A stretch of DNA of 64,000 bases from Candidatus Latescibacterota bacterium (lineage in GTDB: Bacteria > Latescibacterota > UBA2968 > UBA8231): the NCBI GenBank assembly GCA_965223905.1, contig CBDCXV010000011.1:1632001-1696000 (forward strand). The letters run 5' to 3'. The first letter of the stretch is position 1; every line of letters begins with the position of its first letter. Below, one piece after another: positions 56,385-64,000 of this stretch. Made by a program: the position numbers and the translations under genes. Under the pieces are notes generated by a model, which searched no databases, had not been told where the DNA came from, and saw only the letters and a list, made by a program, of their open reading frames with translations.

Positions 56385-58838
56385 TCAGTACGCCACCGGA
56401 AGGATTCGGTGCGCTGCTTCGTCGCGGGAATCGCTGGCCAGGCGCAGCTCCACGAGGTAGGCGCCGGGCGCCACCCGCCTGCCGCCGGAGCGGCCGTCCC
56501 AGCCGAACCTCTGCTGGCCGGCTACGGCATCTCTGTTCTCAGCGTAAACGAGGCGTCCTGACAGATCGAAAACCCGCAGTTGTATCGAACGCGGTTCCAG
56601 CACGTTCGCCAGGTTGAAGGTGAGGTCGAATTCGTCGTTGAGCCCGTCGCCGTTGGGGGTCAGTACCGCCGGCTCGAGGCGTAGATCGGTAATGAGATCG
56701 CCGCTGACTGGCAGCCTCACGACAATGGTGCTGCTCTCGATCAGCTCGTCGGCGTCACCGGGATCCACCCGCTGCCTGATGTCGTCGCGGTTGCTGTTGC
56801 CGAGAAATGCTTCGAACCTCGTCCCTTGGACGAACACCGACGATTCGAATCGCACCTCGACGAGCTCATTCCGTCGGATTGTCCGCGGAAAGGTGATTTG
56901 GAAGCCGCCTGCGAGGCTGTCCGGTTCATCGACCTCGACCGGATTGCCGTTGAGGAACACCTCGACGAATCGCACGGGCACCGATGAGGATACCGCCACC
57001 CGGTCGAGCTGGCGAGTACTGCCCATGGGGCGGATGTAGTAGGAGAACTCCGTCGGCTCCCCCGGCAGCACCTGAGTCGGGAAGATCTCCCCGAAGGCGC
57101 TGTCGGCAAGGGGCGCCGAAAACTCCACCGCCAGCCAGTCGAGACTGGCCACGGCGCTGGGCGAGTCGCCGACGAGGCGGACGCTCAGCTCCATGGCCTG
57201 GCGCGGGGAGGGAGACTGGAAGGCCTGGCCGGAAGAGGCGTAGATGTTGCTCCACGGGCTCCAGCCGTCGCCGGCGTTGCGTATCTCCGTCACCGGTCCT
57301 GCCCGCTTCTGCTTCTTCAGGCTGTTCCATCTCCTCTGGCTGACCGGCTGGGGAGGATCCTTGTTGTCGAACCATTCGGTGGTGTCGACGCGGATGTGAT
57401 TCCCGGTACGGCTCCTGATCTCGATGCGGGTGCCGGGCGGCGTCTCCGCCTCCCAGCTGATGCTCATGAGATTCTTGCCCCCACTCAATTCGATGGGGCC
57501 GGAGGTGATCTCGATGTCGGCGGGATACCCCTCGCCGAAAGCCTGGTATTCATCGGCCGTACCGTGTCCGTAGCAGGGGCCGAACCCCCTCGACATGCCC
57601 TGGGATGCCGCCGCCTGCAATCTGTATCCCTCGTTGCAAGCCGCGTCCCAGGCGAGCCACCGGATCCGGAACAGGCGAGCCCGCACCAGCTCGAAGTGAT
57701 GGTCGGCGACGCCCAACCGCTGGTCGCGCAGGGTCCTCTTCCCGGAGAAGTGCTTCGTCCATATGTAGCTGCCATCCGGAGCCAGCGAGCCGTCAGAGGT
57801 GAGCACCTCGTAGAACTTCAGGGTGAAATCGCGGCGCCCCATGGCATCGATGCTGTTGCGGAGTTCCTGCGTTCTGATGTTGAAGTTTCTGCTGACGTGA
57901 TTCCCGTTTTCGTCGAGGACGATATTCCCCTCTGCATCTCTGACCGAATACGTGCCGGTGTGGGCGGGCCTCAGGGCCGTCCAGCCGTACATCCTCACCA
58001 TGTCCAGCCAGTAGGTCGCGCCGAGATCCACCGTAAACTCCCACCACGTGTCATACGAATACCTCGCTTCCCGCTTGTCGAGAAAGCGTGTGAACACCGC
58101 TCCGTCCACGAGTGGGAGCACGTTGGCAATCGCTATTTCTTCTCTCGTCACATCCGGATCGAGGATCATCCGGGCGCTGCCGTTGTTCGCCGCCATGTGC
58201 AAGGCGACGTTGTCGCCTATGGCGTTGACTTCGACCTCCGTCAACCTGCCACCCGGCTCGAAGTCGAGCACCTCGATGCGCACCGCCCTGATTGCCGTGT
58301 ACTCGAGCACCTCGCCAGGAGCGTAGGTGACCCGGTGCTGTTCGTTCTGCCTGATGATATCCTTGATCTTGTAGACGAGGGTGCCTTCGATCGGAATGTT
58401 GCCGCTCCCCTGCAGGGGTTCGCCTCCGGACAGCAGCACGTGGAAGAGCTCGAAGGGAGCCGCGGCTTCATCGAACACGAAGGTTATGGCATGGGCGCTG
58501 ACGACGCGGCCGAGGTCGACCTCGATGTACCAGTTTTCAGGCGGGTCCTCGGGGTCCGGCGCCCATCCCGTGGCCTGGTTTCCGTCCGTGACGAAGCGGG
58601 CGTCGCGCTCGTTCGAGCCGGCCTTGCGAATGCCCCCATCGAATGCCCCGGCATTCAGTACGGCATTGATGTTCTTTTGCACGGGAGTGGGCCGGATGGT
58701 CCCGGTCCGATCCAGTTCCACCGCGCCCATGGGAAGCCGCCACTTCTCCCAGTCGCCGCGCGAGTCGAAACGCAACTCGTCCGCACCGGCAAACGCGGGA
58801 AGACAGAAGAGAACCCAGTACTTCAGAAGAGCATTCAC
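56385..58838 (-). CDS. Secreted beta-sandwich protein with discoidin-like segments and a C-terminal FlgD-Ig/CHU_C-like domain
   Basis: Signal peptide, DGNQATGW, YIEVDLGR, VDLGATYW, C-terminal LTPNGDGLND...VFDLSGRLV...WDGR....VAPGAYLV. Confidence 0.75.
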   Translation of the reverse strand: MNALLKYWVLFCLPAFAGADELRFDSRGDWEKWRLPMGAVELDRTGTIRPTPVQKNINAVLNAGAFDGGIRKAGSNERDARFVTDGNQATGWAPDPEDPPENWYIEVDLGRVVSAHAITFVFDEAAAPFELFHVLLSGGEPLQGSGNIPIEGTLVYKIKDIIRQNEQHRVTYAPGEVLEYTAIRAVRIEVLDFEPGGRLTEVEVNAIGDNVALHMAANNGSARMILDPDVTREEIAIANVLPLVDGAVFTRFLDKREARYSYDTWWEFTVDLGATYWLDMVRMYGWTALRPAHTGTYSVRDAEGNIVLDENGNHVSRNFNIRTQELRNSIDAMGRRDFTLKFYEVLTSDGSLAPDGSYIWTKHFSGKRTLRDQRLGVADHHFELVRARLFRIRWLAWDAACNEGYRLQAAASQGMSRGFGPCYGHGTADEYQAFGEGYPADIEITSGPIELSGGKNLMSISWEAETPPGTRIEIRSRTGNHIRVDTTEWFDNKDPPQPVSQRRWNSLKKQKRAGPVTEIRNAGDGWSPWSNIYASSGQAFQSPSPRQAMELSVRLVGDSPSAVASLDWLAVEFSAPLADSAFGEIFPTQVLPGEPTEFSYYIRPMGSTRQLDRVAVSSSVPVRFVEVFLNGNPVEVDEPDSLAGGFQITFPRTIRRNELVEVRFESSVFVQGTRFEAFLGNSNRDDIRQRVDPGDADELIESSTIVVRLPVSGDLITDLRLEPAVLTPNGDGLNDEFDLTFNLANVLEPRSIQLRVFDLSGRLVYAENRDAVAGQQRFGWDGRSGGRRVAPGAYLVELRLASDSRDEAAHRILPVAY

Positions 58839-58931
58839 GATCCGTCCTTGCGGAAAACGAGCAACATGACAGTCCGACGCGCCCTGCTTCGCAACGTACT
58901 TGTTCGGCCAGTGCCGGTCAAAGAAGAACTG

Positions 58932-60425
58932 CTAACTTCCACCCCCCTGCTCGCGCCATAGCTCGGCTGCTTGCCGAAGGGGTTCCTCGTGCACGACGAT
59001 CCCGTTTTCATACCGCTTCCGCAAGCCGCCCAGGACCACCTGGAACAGCTTCTCGCGCATGTCGTGCAGGTAATCCCTCCTCACCTGCTCCCGGACCTCT
59101 TCGAAGCCCGGCTCCACCCCGGACCGCAGATAGCGCTCTTTGTGGATCGCGAAATAGAGCTTCTCCTTGTTTTCGTCGGCAGGGGCGGCTTCGGCCATAA
59201 GCTGCTTTCGCATCCGGCCCACCAGAAGATTCCTGCGGGCTCGGGCGACGCCGTTCTCTACCTCCGGCATCGTCAGAAGCTTCATCCGCAAAATCTCGTG
59301 AAGGGCCAGGGCCTCGCGGCTGGCGACCTGCGCCAGGTGATTTCGAAGCGCCGCGATGGTCGGAAACGCCTCCCTTCCGGATTCCCTGAGCAGAGCACGG
59401 CACCGGGCAAGGCTCAGGCGGTCGCCGCGAAACGCCACCACGGTTGTCGATCCTCCGCCCGTATCCGCCGCCGCCATCGTCATCTTTTCGCGACCACCCA
59501 TTTTCTTCCCGCGGCCATGGGTCCCGTGTCCTTGGTGATGGCTCGACGCGGACGGGTCCACGAACTCCGCGGCCAGCGCGGCCAGTCCGGCCTCATCGAT
59601 TCGCAGGTCGTATTCCCGCCTCAGCGCGCCGTAATACTTCTCCAGCGGACCTGACAGCCGCTCCTCGATCATGAGTCTTTCGACGGCTTCGCGCTCGACG
59701 TCGAAACTGACCGGTTTCACCCCCGTGACCTTGATGAGGAAATACCCGTCAGCCGCACGCACTGGCCCGCCGATTTCACCGACGGGAGTGGCAAAGGCCA
59801 AATCGGCAACCGGTCGGTACGCAGGGCTCGTCGTGCCCCACCGGTGGAATCCCATGTCGGCGTTTCGGTCGACGATGCGACTGTCCCGGGAGTGCTTTAT
59901 CGAGAGGGCCTCGAAGTCGGCCCCCTGTTCCAGCTCCGCCAGGATCTGCTGGATCAGCTCGACGTTTTCGACCATCAGGGCGCTGAAGCGGACCAGGTGC
60001 CGGTAAGGGCTGGACTCGAACCAGGCTCGCATCTCCTCATCCGAGGGCGGGGCCAACGGGATCCCCTCGCGGCGGTACAGTTCCCGCAGCGCCAGCCGTC
60101 GCGTCTCTTTCTGTAGCGACCGCTGAAAGTCGGCCGCCTCGGCAAGACCGCGGCGCTCGGCTTCCTGCAGGAGCAGTTCCTCGTCGATGAGCGCCTGCAG
60201 GTAACGCTCGGGGGAAAGCTCCCCCAGGCCGGCGGGCGCCCTCTCCAGGGATCGACGGAAATCGGAGAGAGTGATCACCGCCCCGTTTACCTGCGCCAGG
60301 ACGCCGCTCTCGTCGCTGCCGGCGTCGCGCTCAGGAAGCTCCTCCACCTCGCTGGTGGCGCACCCGGCTACCCATATCAGGACAGGACCGGCGAGGCTAC
60401 GAATCCGTCTGGTGCTGCGCGGCAT
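58932..60425 (-). CDS. Parvulin-type peptidyl-prolyl isomerase / PrsA-SurA-like lipoprotein
   Basis: Lipobox VAGC, VLAQVNG..IT, LIDEELLLQEA, GADFEALS..HS.D, GEIGGPV....GYFLIKV. Confidence 0.8.
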   Translation of the reverse strand: MPRSTRRIRSLAGPVLIWVAGCATSEVEELPERDAGSDESGVLAQVNGAVITLSDFRRSLERAPAGLGELSPERYLQALIDEELLLQEAERRGLAEAADFQRSLQKETRRLALRELYRREGIPLAPPSDEEMRAWFESSPYRHLVRFSALMVENVELIQQILAELEQGADFEALSIKHSRDSRIVDRNADMGFHRWGTTSPAYRPVADLAFATPVGEIGGPVRAADGYFLIKVTGVKPVSFDVEREAVERLMIEERLSGPLEKYYGALRREYDLRIDEAGLAALAAEFVDPSASSHHQGHGTHGRGKKMGGREKMTMAAADTGGGSTTVVAFRGDRLSLARCRALLRESGREAFPTIAALRNHLAQVASREALALHEILRMKLLTMPEVENGVARARRNLLVGRMRKQLMAEAAPADENKEKLYFAIHKERYLRSGVEPGFEEVREQVRRDYLHDMREKLFQVVLGGLRKRYENGIVVHEEPLRQAAELWREQGGGS

Positions 60426-60672
60426 AAAGGAGTTGTCCTTGAAAAGGGCGAGGCACCCGGTCCCCAAGGCGCGCGAGCCAGGGGATTTGGGTACCCCACC
60501 GAGAGAGCGCAACCCCGGGGCGGGGATTGAGGGGGAAATCGCACATATGGGGTTTAAGGTTGAACCGCGATAATCCCCTCAAGATGGATCGGCGTCATTT
60601 TGGGGCAAGGAATTGTGCCGAATAACACTATTGGATCGGCGTCGGAAGTTGCAAGGGATTCCTGGGACGCGG

Positions 60673-62106
60673 CTAGTCATGGGGCTGTTCCGCCACCTGT
60701 TCCTCGACCTTCGCCGCGCCCTCCCGCTCCATCATCTCCTTGATGATCTCCAGTTGTCGTCTGCTCTCCTCGACGCGGCGGAGTTTGAGATAGGAGACCG
60801 CCAGCTTTTGGCGCGCGTCCAGAAAGTCCGGCCTGTTGTGAACGACCCGTTCGAAGGCTCCGACTGCGGCCTCGTAGTTTCCCTCCCTGCCGTAGAGCAG
60901 CCCGAGGTTGAAGTTCACGTCCGCATCGTCCGGCTTTCTCCGCCTCGCTTCGAGAAAGGCCTTCTTCGCCTGCGGGAACTGCCGCAGGCGCTGGTGGACC
61001 AGTCCCTTGTTGTAGTAGGCGTCGGCGTACTCGGGATCGATCTGCAATGCCCGGACGAATGCCTCCAGGGCCGCTCCGTACTCCTCGAGGCGAAAGTAGG
61101 CGCTTCCCAGGCCGTTGTGGTAGCGAGCGCTGTCAGGGGCGGCGCGCACGGCCAATCGATACGCCTCGGCTGCCTCCTCCAGCCGACCGTGACGGCCGTA
61201 CAGCAGTCCGATGTTGGCGCGGGCGGCGTGGTGATAGGGGTCATTCTGGAGCACTCGCAGGTTCGACCGGATCACCCTGAAATCCTCCTCCACCCTGCGG
61301 AACTCCTCGAAGGCCCGCTGGCTCTCCTCGATGCGGCCGAGCCTCCGGTAGGCGTTGACGAGCATCAGGTGAGGTTCCTTGGCAAAAGGATCGAGCTCGA
61401 TGCTCCGGGTGCAGGCCGCGATCGCCTTCTCGTACTGTTTCGATCTCAGCTGCACCTTCGCCAGGTCCGCATGGGTCCCGGCGTGCGTACTGTCGAGCTC
61501 CAGGGCCCGCGCAAAGGCACTGCGGGCCTCGTCGTAGTTCACCTCCCTGGTGCGCATCTGCCCTATGAGTCTGTAGAAGGCGGGATCGTCCGGCGCGCGC
61601 GCGAGTCCGCTTTCGACGTAGGCCCTCGCCTTCTCGTGATCCCCCCTGTGCGCGTACAGGTAGGCCAGATCGTAATGCGCGGTCACGTGATCCGGATCGA
61701 GGGCGAGCACTTTTTCGTACTCGGCGATCGCACGGGCAGCGTCGAGCTGCTCCCAGAAGGTGCCGGCGAGATTGTTCCGGGCCGAAATGTGGGTGGAATC
61801 CAGTTCGAGCACCTTTTGATAGGCCTCGATGGCTTTCGGGTATTCCGAAAGCTTCACATAGGTATTGCCCAGATTGTACAAGGCCCTGGTGTCGCCGGGA
61901 GCCATCTCCAGGGCTTCGAGATACGCCTCGATGGCCTCCTGCTGCCGGCCCTCCCGGGCCAGCCTCACCCCGAGTTCGAAAGCGGCCTCCGCGTCGGACC
62001 TTCCCTGCACCGAGACTGATTTCCCCTGCGCGCGCTCGTCGCGGTCTGCGCAGCCGTATGTCCAGGCAAGGCACCAGGCGAACAGGAGCGAGAGGGCAGG
62101 AGTCAT
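60673..62106 (-). CDS. TPR-repeat lipoprotein
   Basis: N-terminal hydrophobic stretch ending YGC; many TPR units (ALYNLGNTY, AHYDLA, AYYNKG, VNFNLG). Confidence 0.9.
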   Translation of the reverse strand: MTPALSLLFAWCLAWTYGCADRDERAQGKSVSVQGRSDAEAAFELGVRLAREGRQQEAIEAYLEALEMAPGDTRALYNLGNTYVKLSEYPKAIEAYQKVLELDSTHISARNNLAGTFWEQLDAARAIAEYEKVLALDPDHVTAHYDLAYLYAHRGDHEKARAYVESGLARAPDDPAFYRLIGQMRTREVNYDEARSAFARALELDSTHAGTHADLAKVQLRSKQYEKAIAACTRSIELDPFAKEPHLMLVNAYRRLGRIEESQRAFEEFRRVEEDFRVIRSNLRVLQNDPYHHAARANIGLLYGRHGRLEEAAEAYRLAVRAAPDSARYHNGLGSAYFRLEEYGAALEAFVRALQIDPEYADAYYNKGLVHQRLRQFPQAKKAFLEARRRKPDDADVNFNLGLLYGREGNYEAAVGAFERVVHNRPDFLDARQKLAVSYLKLRRVEESRRQLEIIKEMMEREGAAKVEEQVAEQPHD

Positions 62107-62122
62107 CCTCAAGGGTTCGCCC

Positions 62123-63775
62123 TCAGGGATTCGCCTGGGAGAAGGCGATCTCCCTGTTGACGGGGAAACCCACGCGCACCTCCGACCCGCCGCCCGGCCA
62201 GGTCACCGTGAGCCGGTCGACCCGGTTTCTCGACCCCAGTCCGAAAAAGAGCCGCAGGTCGCTCTGCGACAGGTAGCTGGAGCCGCTGCGCACCTCGTCC
62301 ACCAGCTCGAGGTCCCCGCTCACGAGCTCCACCCTGGCGCCGATGGCGGAGCGGTTGCTGACCGTCCCCTTCAGGCGAAGTCTGAGCCAGTTGCCTGCAT
62401 TGCCGCCGTCGTTTCGCATAAGCGTCGCCGTGTCGCCGCAGTTACCCACGAGAATGTCCATGTCGCCGTCGTTGTCGTAGTCGCCGAAAGCCGCACCGCG
62501 ACTCACTTTTTCGACGGCGAGGGCGGTGCCGTCCACCTCCTTGTGTTCCCTGAAGCGGCCGGTTCCGTCGTTGATGAACAGCTGGTTGCGCTGCGCAAAA
62601 GTCGTGCTCTGGATCAGCGCCACGTCGCTTTCGAGATGGCCGTTGGCGATGAAGATGTCGCGGTCCCCGTCGTTGTCGAAATCCACGAAACGGGTTCCCC
62701 AGCTCAAATATGGAATGCTGTCCATACCCAAACCAGAGGTGAAGGTATCATCGACGAAGGTGCCGTCGCCCTGGTTTTTATAAAGGGTATTCGTCTCCCA
62801 TTGGAAGTTGGTGACGAACAGGTCGGGCCTGCGGTCGTTGTCCACATCCCCCATGTCCACGCCCATCCCCGCCTCGAAATCGCCGTCTTCATTGAGAGCG
62901 GCTCCGGAGACGTACCCCAGTTCCTCGAATCGTCCCCGGCCGTCGTTGAGGTAAAGGAAGTTCGGCGTCTTGTCGTTCGCCAGGTACAGGTCCGCATCTC
63001 CGTCGGCATCGATATCTCCGAAGACGACGCCCAACTCCTTCCCGGTTTCATTGAGGAGACCTGCCGACTCGGTGACGTCCTCGAAACTGCCGTCACCCCT
63101 GTTGCGGTAGAGTATGTCGCGAACGCCCAGATACGCCTCCGGCCCGCAGTACAGTTGCAGATCGCTCCCTGCGGCCCGGCAGATCTTGTGGTTTTCGTAC
63201 GAGAAGTCGTTGTAGTTGGCGACGAACAGGTCGACGGATCCGTCGTTGTCCACGTCGGCGAAGGCGCTGCTGCTGCTGAACAGCCCGTCCGCCACACCGG
63301 CCGTTGCCGCGATGTCGGTGAAGCGGCCGGCCGGCCATCCGCCGTCGTTTCGATAAAGGACGTTCGGTCCGAAATTCGTTACGTAGAGGTCATCATCGCC
63401 ATCGTTGTCGATGTCAGCTGCCGCGCATCCCAGGCCGTACCCCGTGTCGCCCGCGCCCGTGGATGCGGTTACCTCGTTGAAGCGATCGCCCTCATTGAGG
63501 TAGAGGGCATTGCGCGGCGGTTCGGCCAGTTCCGTCCCCGGCACCTCGGCCCCGTTGATCAGATAAGTGTCCAGGTCGCCGTCTCCGTCAACGTCGATGA
63601 AGCCCACACCGGGGCCTACCGTCTCGATGACGTATTTCCTGCCGTTGGCCCCGTTGGCGTGCCGGAAATCGATGCCGGTCTCTTCGGTGACATCGGTAAA
63701 ATGCGGCACTGCTCCTGCGGAAGCGGCCAAAGCTCCGGCAACGGCCGGCAGCAGCAGCCGGGCTTTCAGATTCAC
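62123..63775 (-). CDS. CRTAC1-like FG-GAP + ASPIC/UnbV secreted protein
   Basis: GTG start with RBS GGAGAGAGG and a signal peptide; FTDVT...GIDF.H, repeated DxDxDGDxD, SYLSQSDLRLFFGLG, VTWPGG. Confidence 0.9.
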   Translation of the reverse strand: MNLKARLLLPAVAGALAASAGAVPHFTDVTEETGIDFRHANGANGRKYVIETVGPGVGFIDVDGDGDLDTYLINGAEVPGTELAEPPRNALYLNEGDRFNEVTASTGAGDTGYGLGCAAADIDNDGDDDLYVTNFGPNVLYRNDGGWPAGRFTDIAATAGVADGLFSSSSAFADVDNDGSVDLFVANYNDFSYENHKICRAAGSDLQLYCGPEAYLGVRDILYRNRGDGSFEDVTESAGLLNETGKELGVVFGDIDADGDADLYLANDKTPNFLYLNDGRGRFEELGYVSGAALNEDGDFEAGMGVDMGDVDNDRRPDLFVTNFQWETNTLYKNQGDGTFVDDTFTSGLGMDSIPYLSWGTRFVDFDNDGDRDIFIANGHLESDVALIQSTTFAQRNQLFINDGTGRFREHKEVDGTALAVEKVSRGAAFGDYDNDGDMDILVGNCGDTATLMRNDGGNAGNWLRLRLKGTVSNRSAIGARVELVSGDLELVDEVRSGSSYLSQSDLRLFFGLGSRNRVDRLTVTWPGGGSEVRVGFPVNREIAFSQANP

Positions 63776-64000
63776 GCCTCTCTCCAACTCGAAATCCTCA
63801 CGCGTGCGCGACGTGCACCATGCAGGTCTGTAATCTACACCTGGTGATACCCAAGAACAGCACAATGTTGCCTTCAGACTGAAAAAAAGGGGCCATTGCC
63901 ATGGCTGGACGGGCAGGGCGCTGTACTTCCAGGGACTGGAGGGGTGGGAGAGTTGGTTGCTCTTATTGGTAACCGTTCAGTTCCCCTGGCAGGTTGGGGC

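Noticed and set aside
63882-63906. Minus-strand terminator-like hairpin plus T-run upstream of the CRTAC1 gene
   Set aside because: The stem is short, and the upstream context is cut by the window edge.

Overview
GC-rich bacterial window that looks like accessory/catabolic DNA. The gene mix (tandem DUF6785-like membrane proteins, an FlgD-Ig-tailed secreted protein, CRTAC1/ASPIC-UnbV and TPR proteins, PhyH dioxygenases, enolase-superfamily enzymes) suggests a Latescibacterota/Gemmatimonadota/Poribacteria-like organism; this is inference only. From left to right: (1) the 3' end of an IS1380-like element, a chimeric secreted ankyrin protein and several decayed genes (GT2/YkoP-like, BrnT/BrnA, O-methyltransferase, DUF4238); (2) sugar-acid and other catabolic enzymes; (3) an NtrC-type two-component pair split by a toxin-antitoxin block and divergent from a MacAB-like export operon. 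That operon has a near-consensus sigma54 promoter, tandem TGT-N10/11-ACA sites and a tandem array of permease paralogs with hypervariable periplasmic loops; (4) a mirror-like divergon with two PHM-like copper monooxygenases, two RCC1-repeat/TIM-barrel paralogs, a CRTAC1-TPR fusion, an SCO copper chaperone, a dehydratase, a heparinase-like lyase, a cyclase and an HTTM protein; (5) a CRTAC1/TPR/PPIase/FlgD-Ig/DUF6785 x2 cluster. No rRNA, tRNA or CRISPR array was recognised. All family calls come from motif recognition by eye, not database searches.
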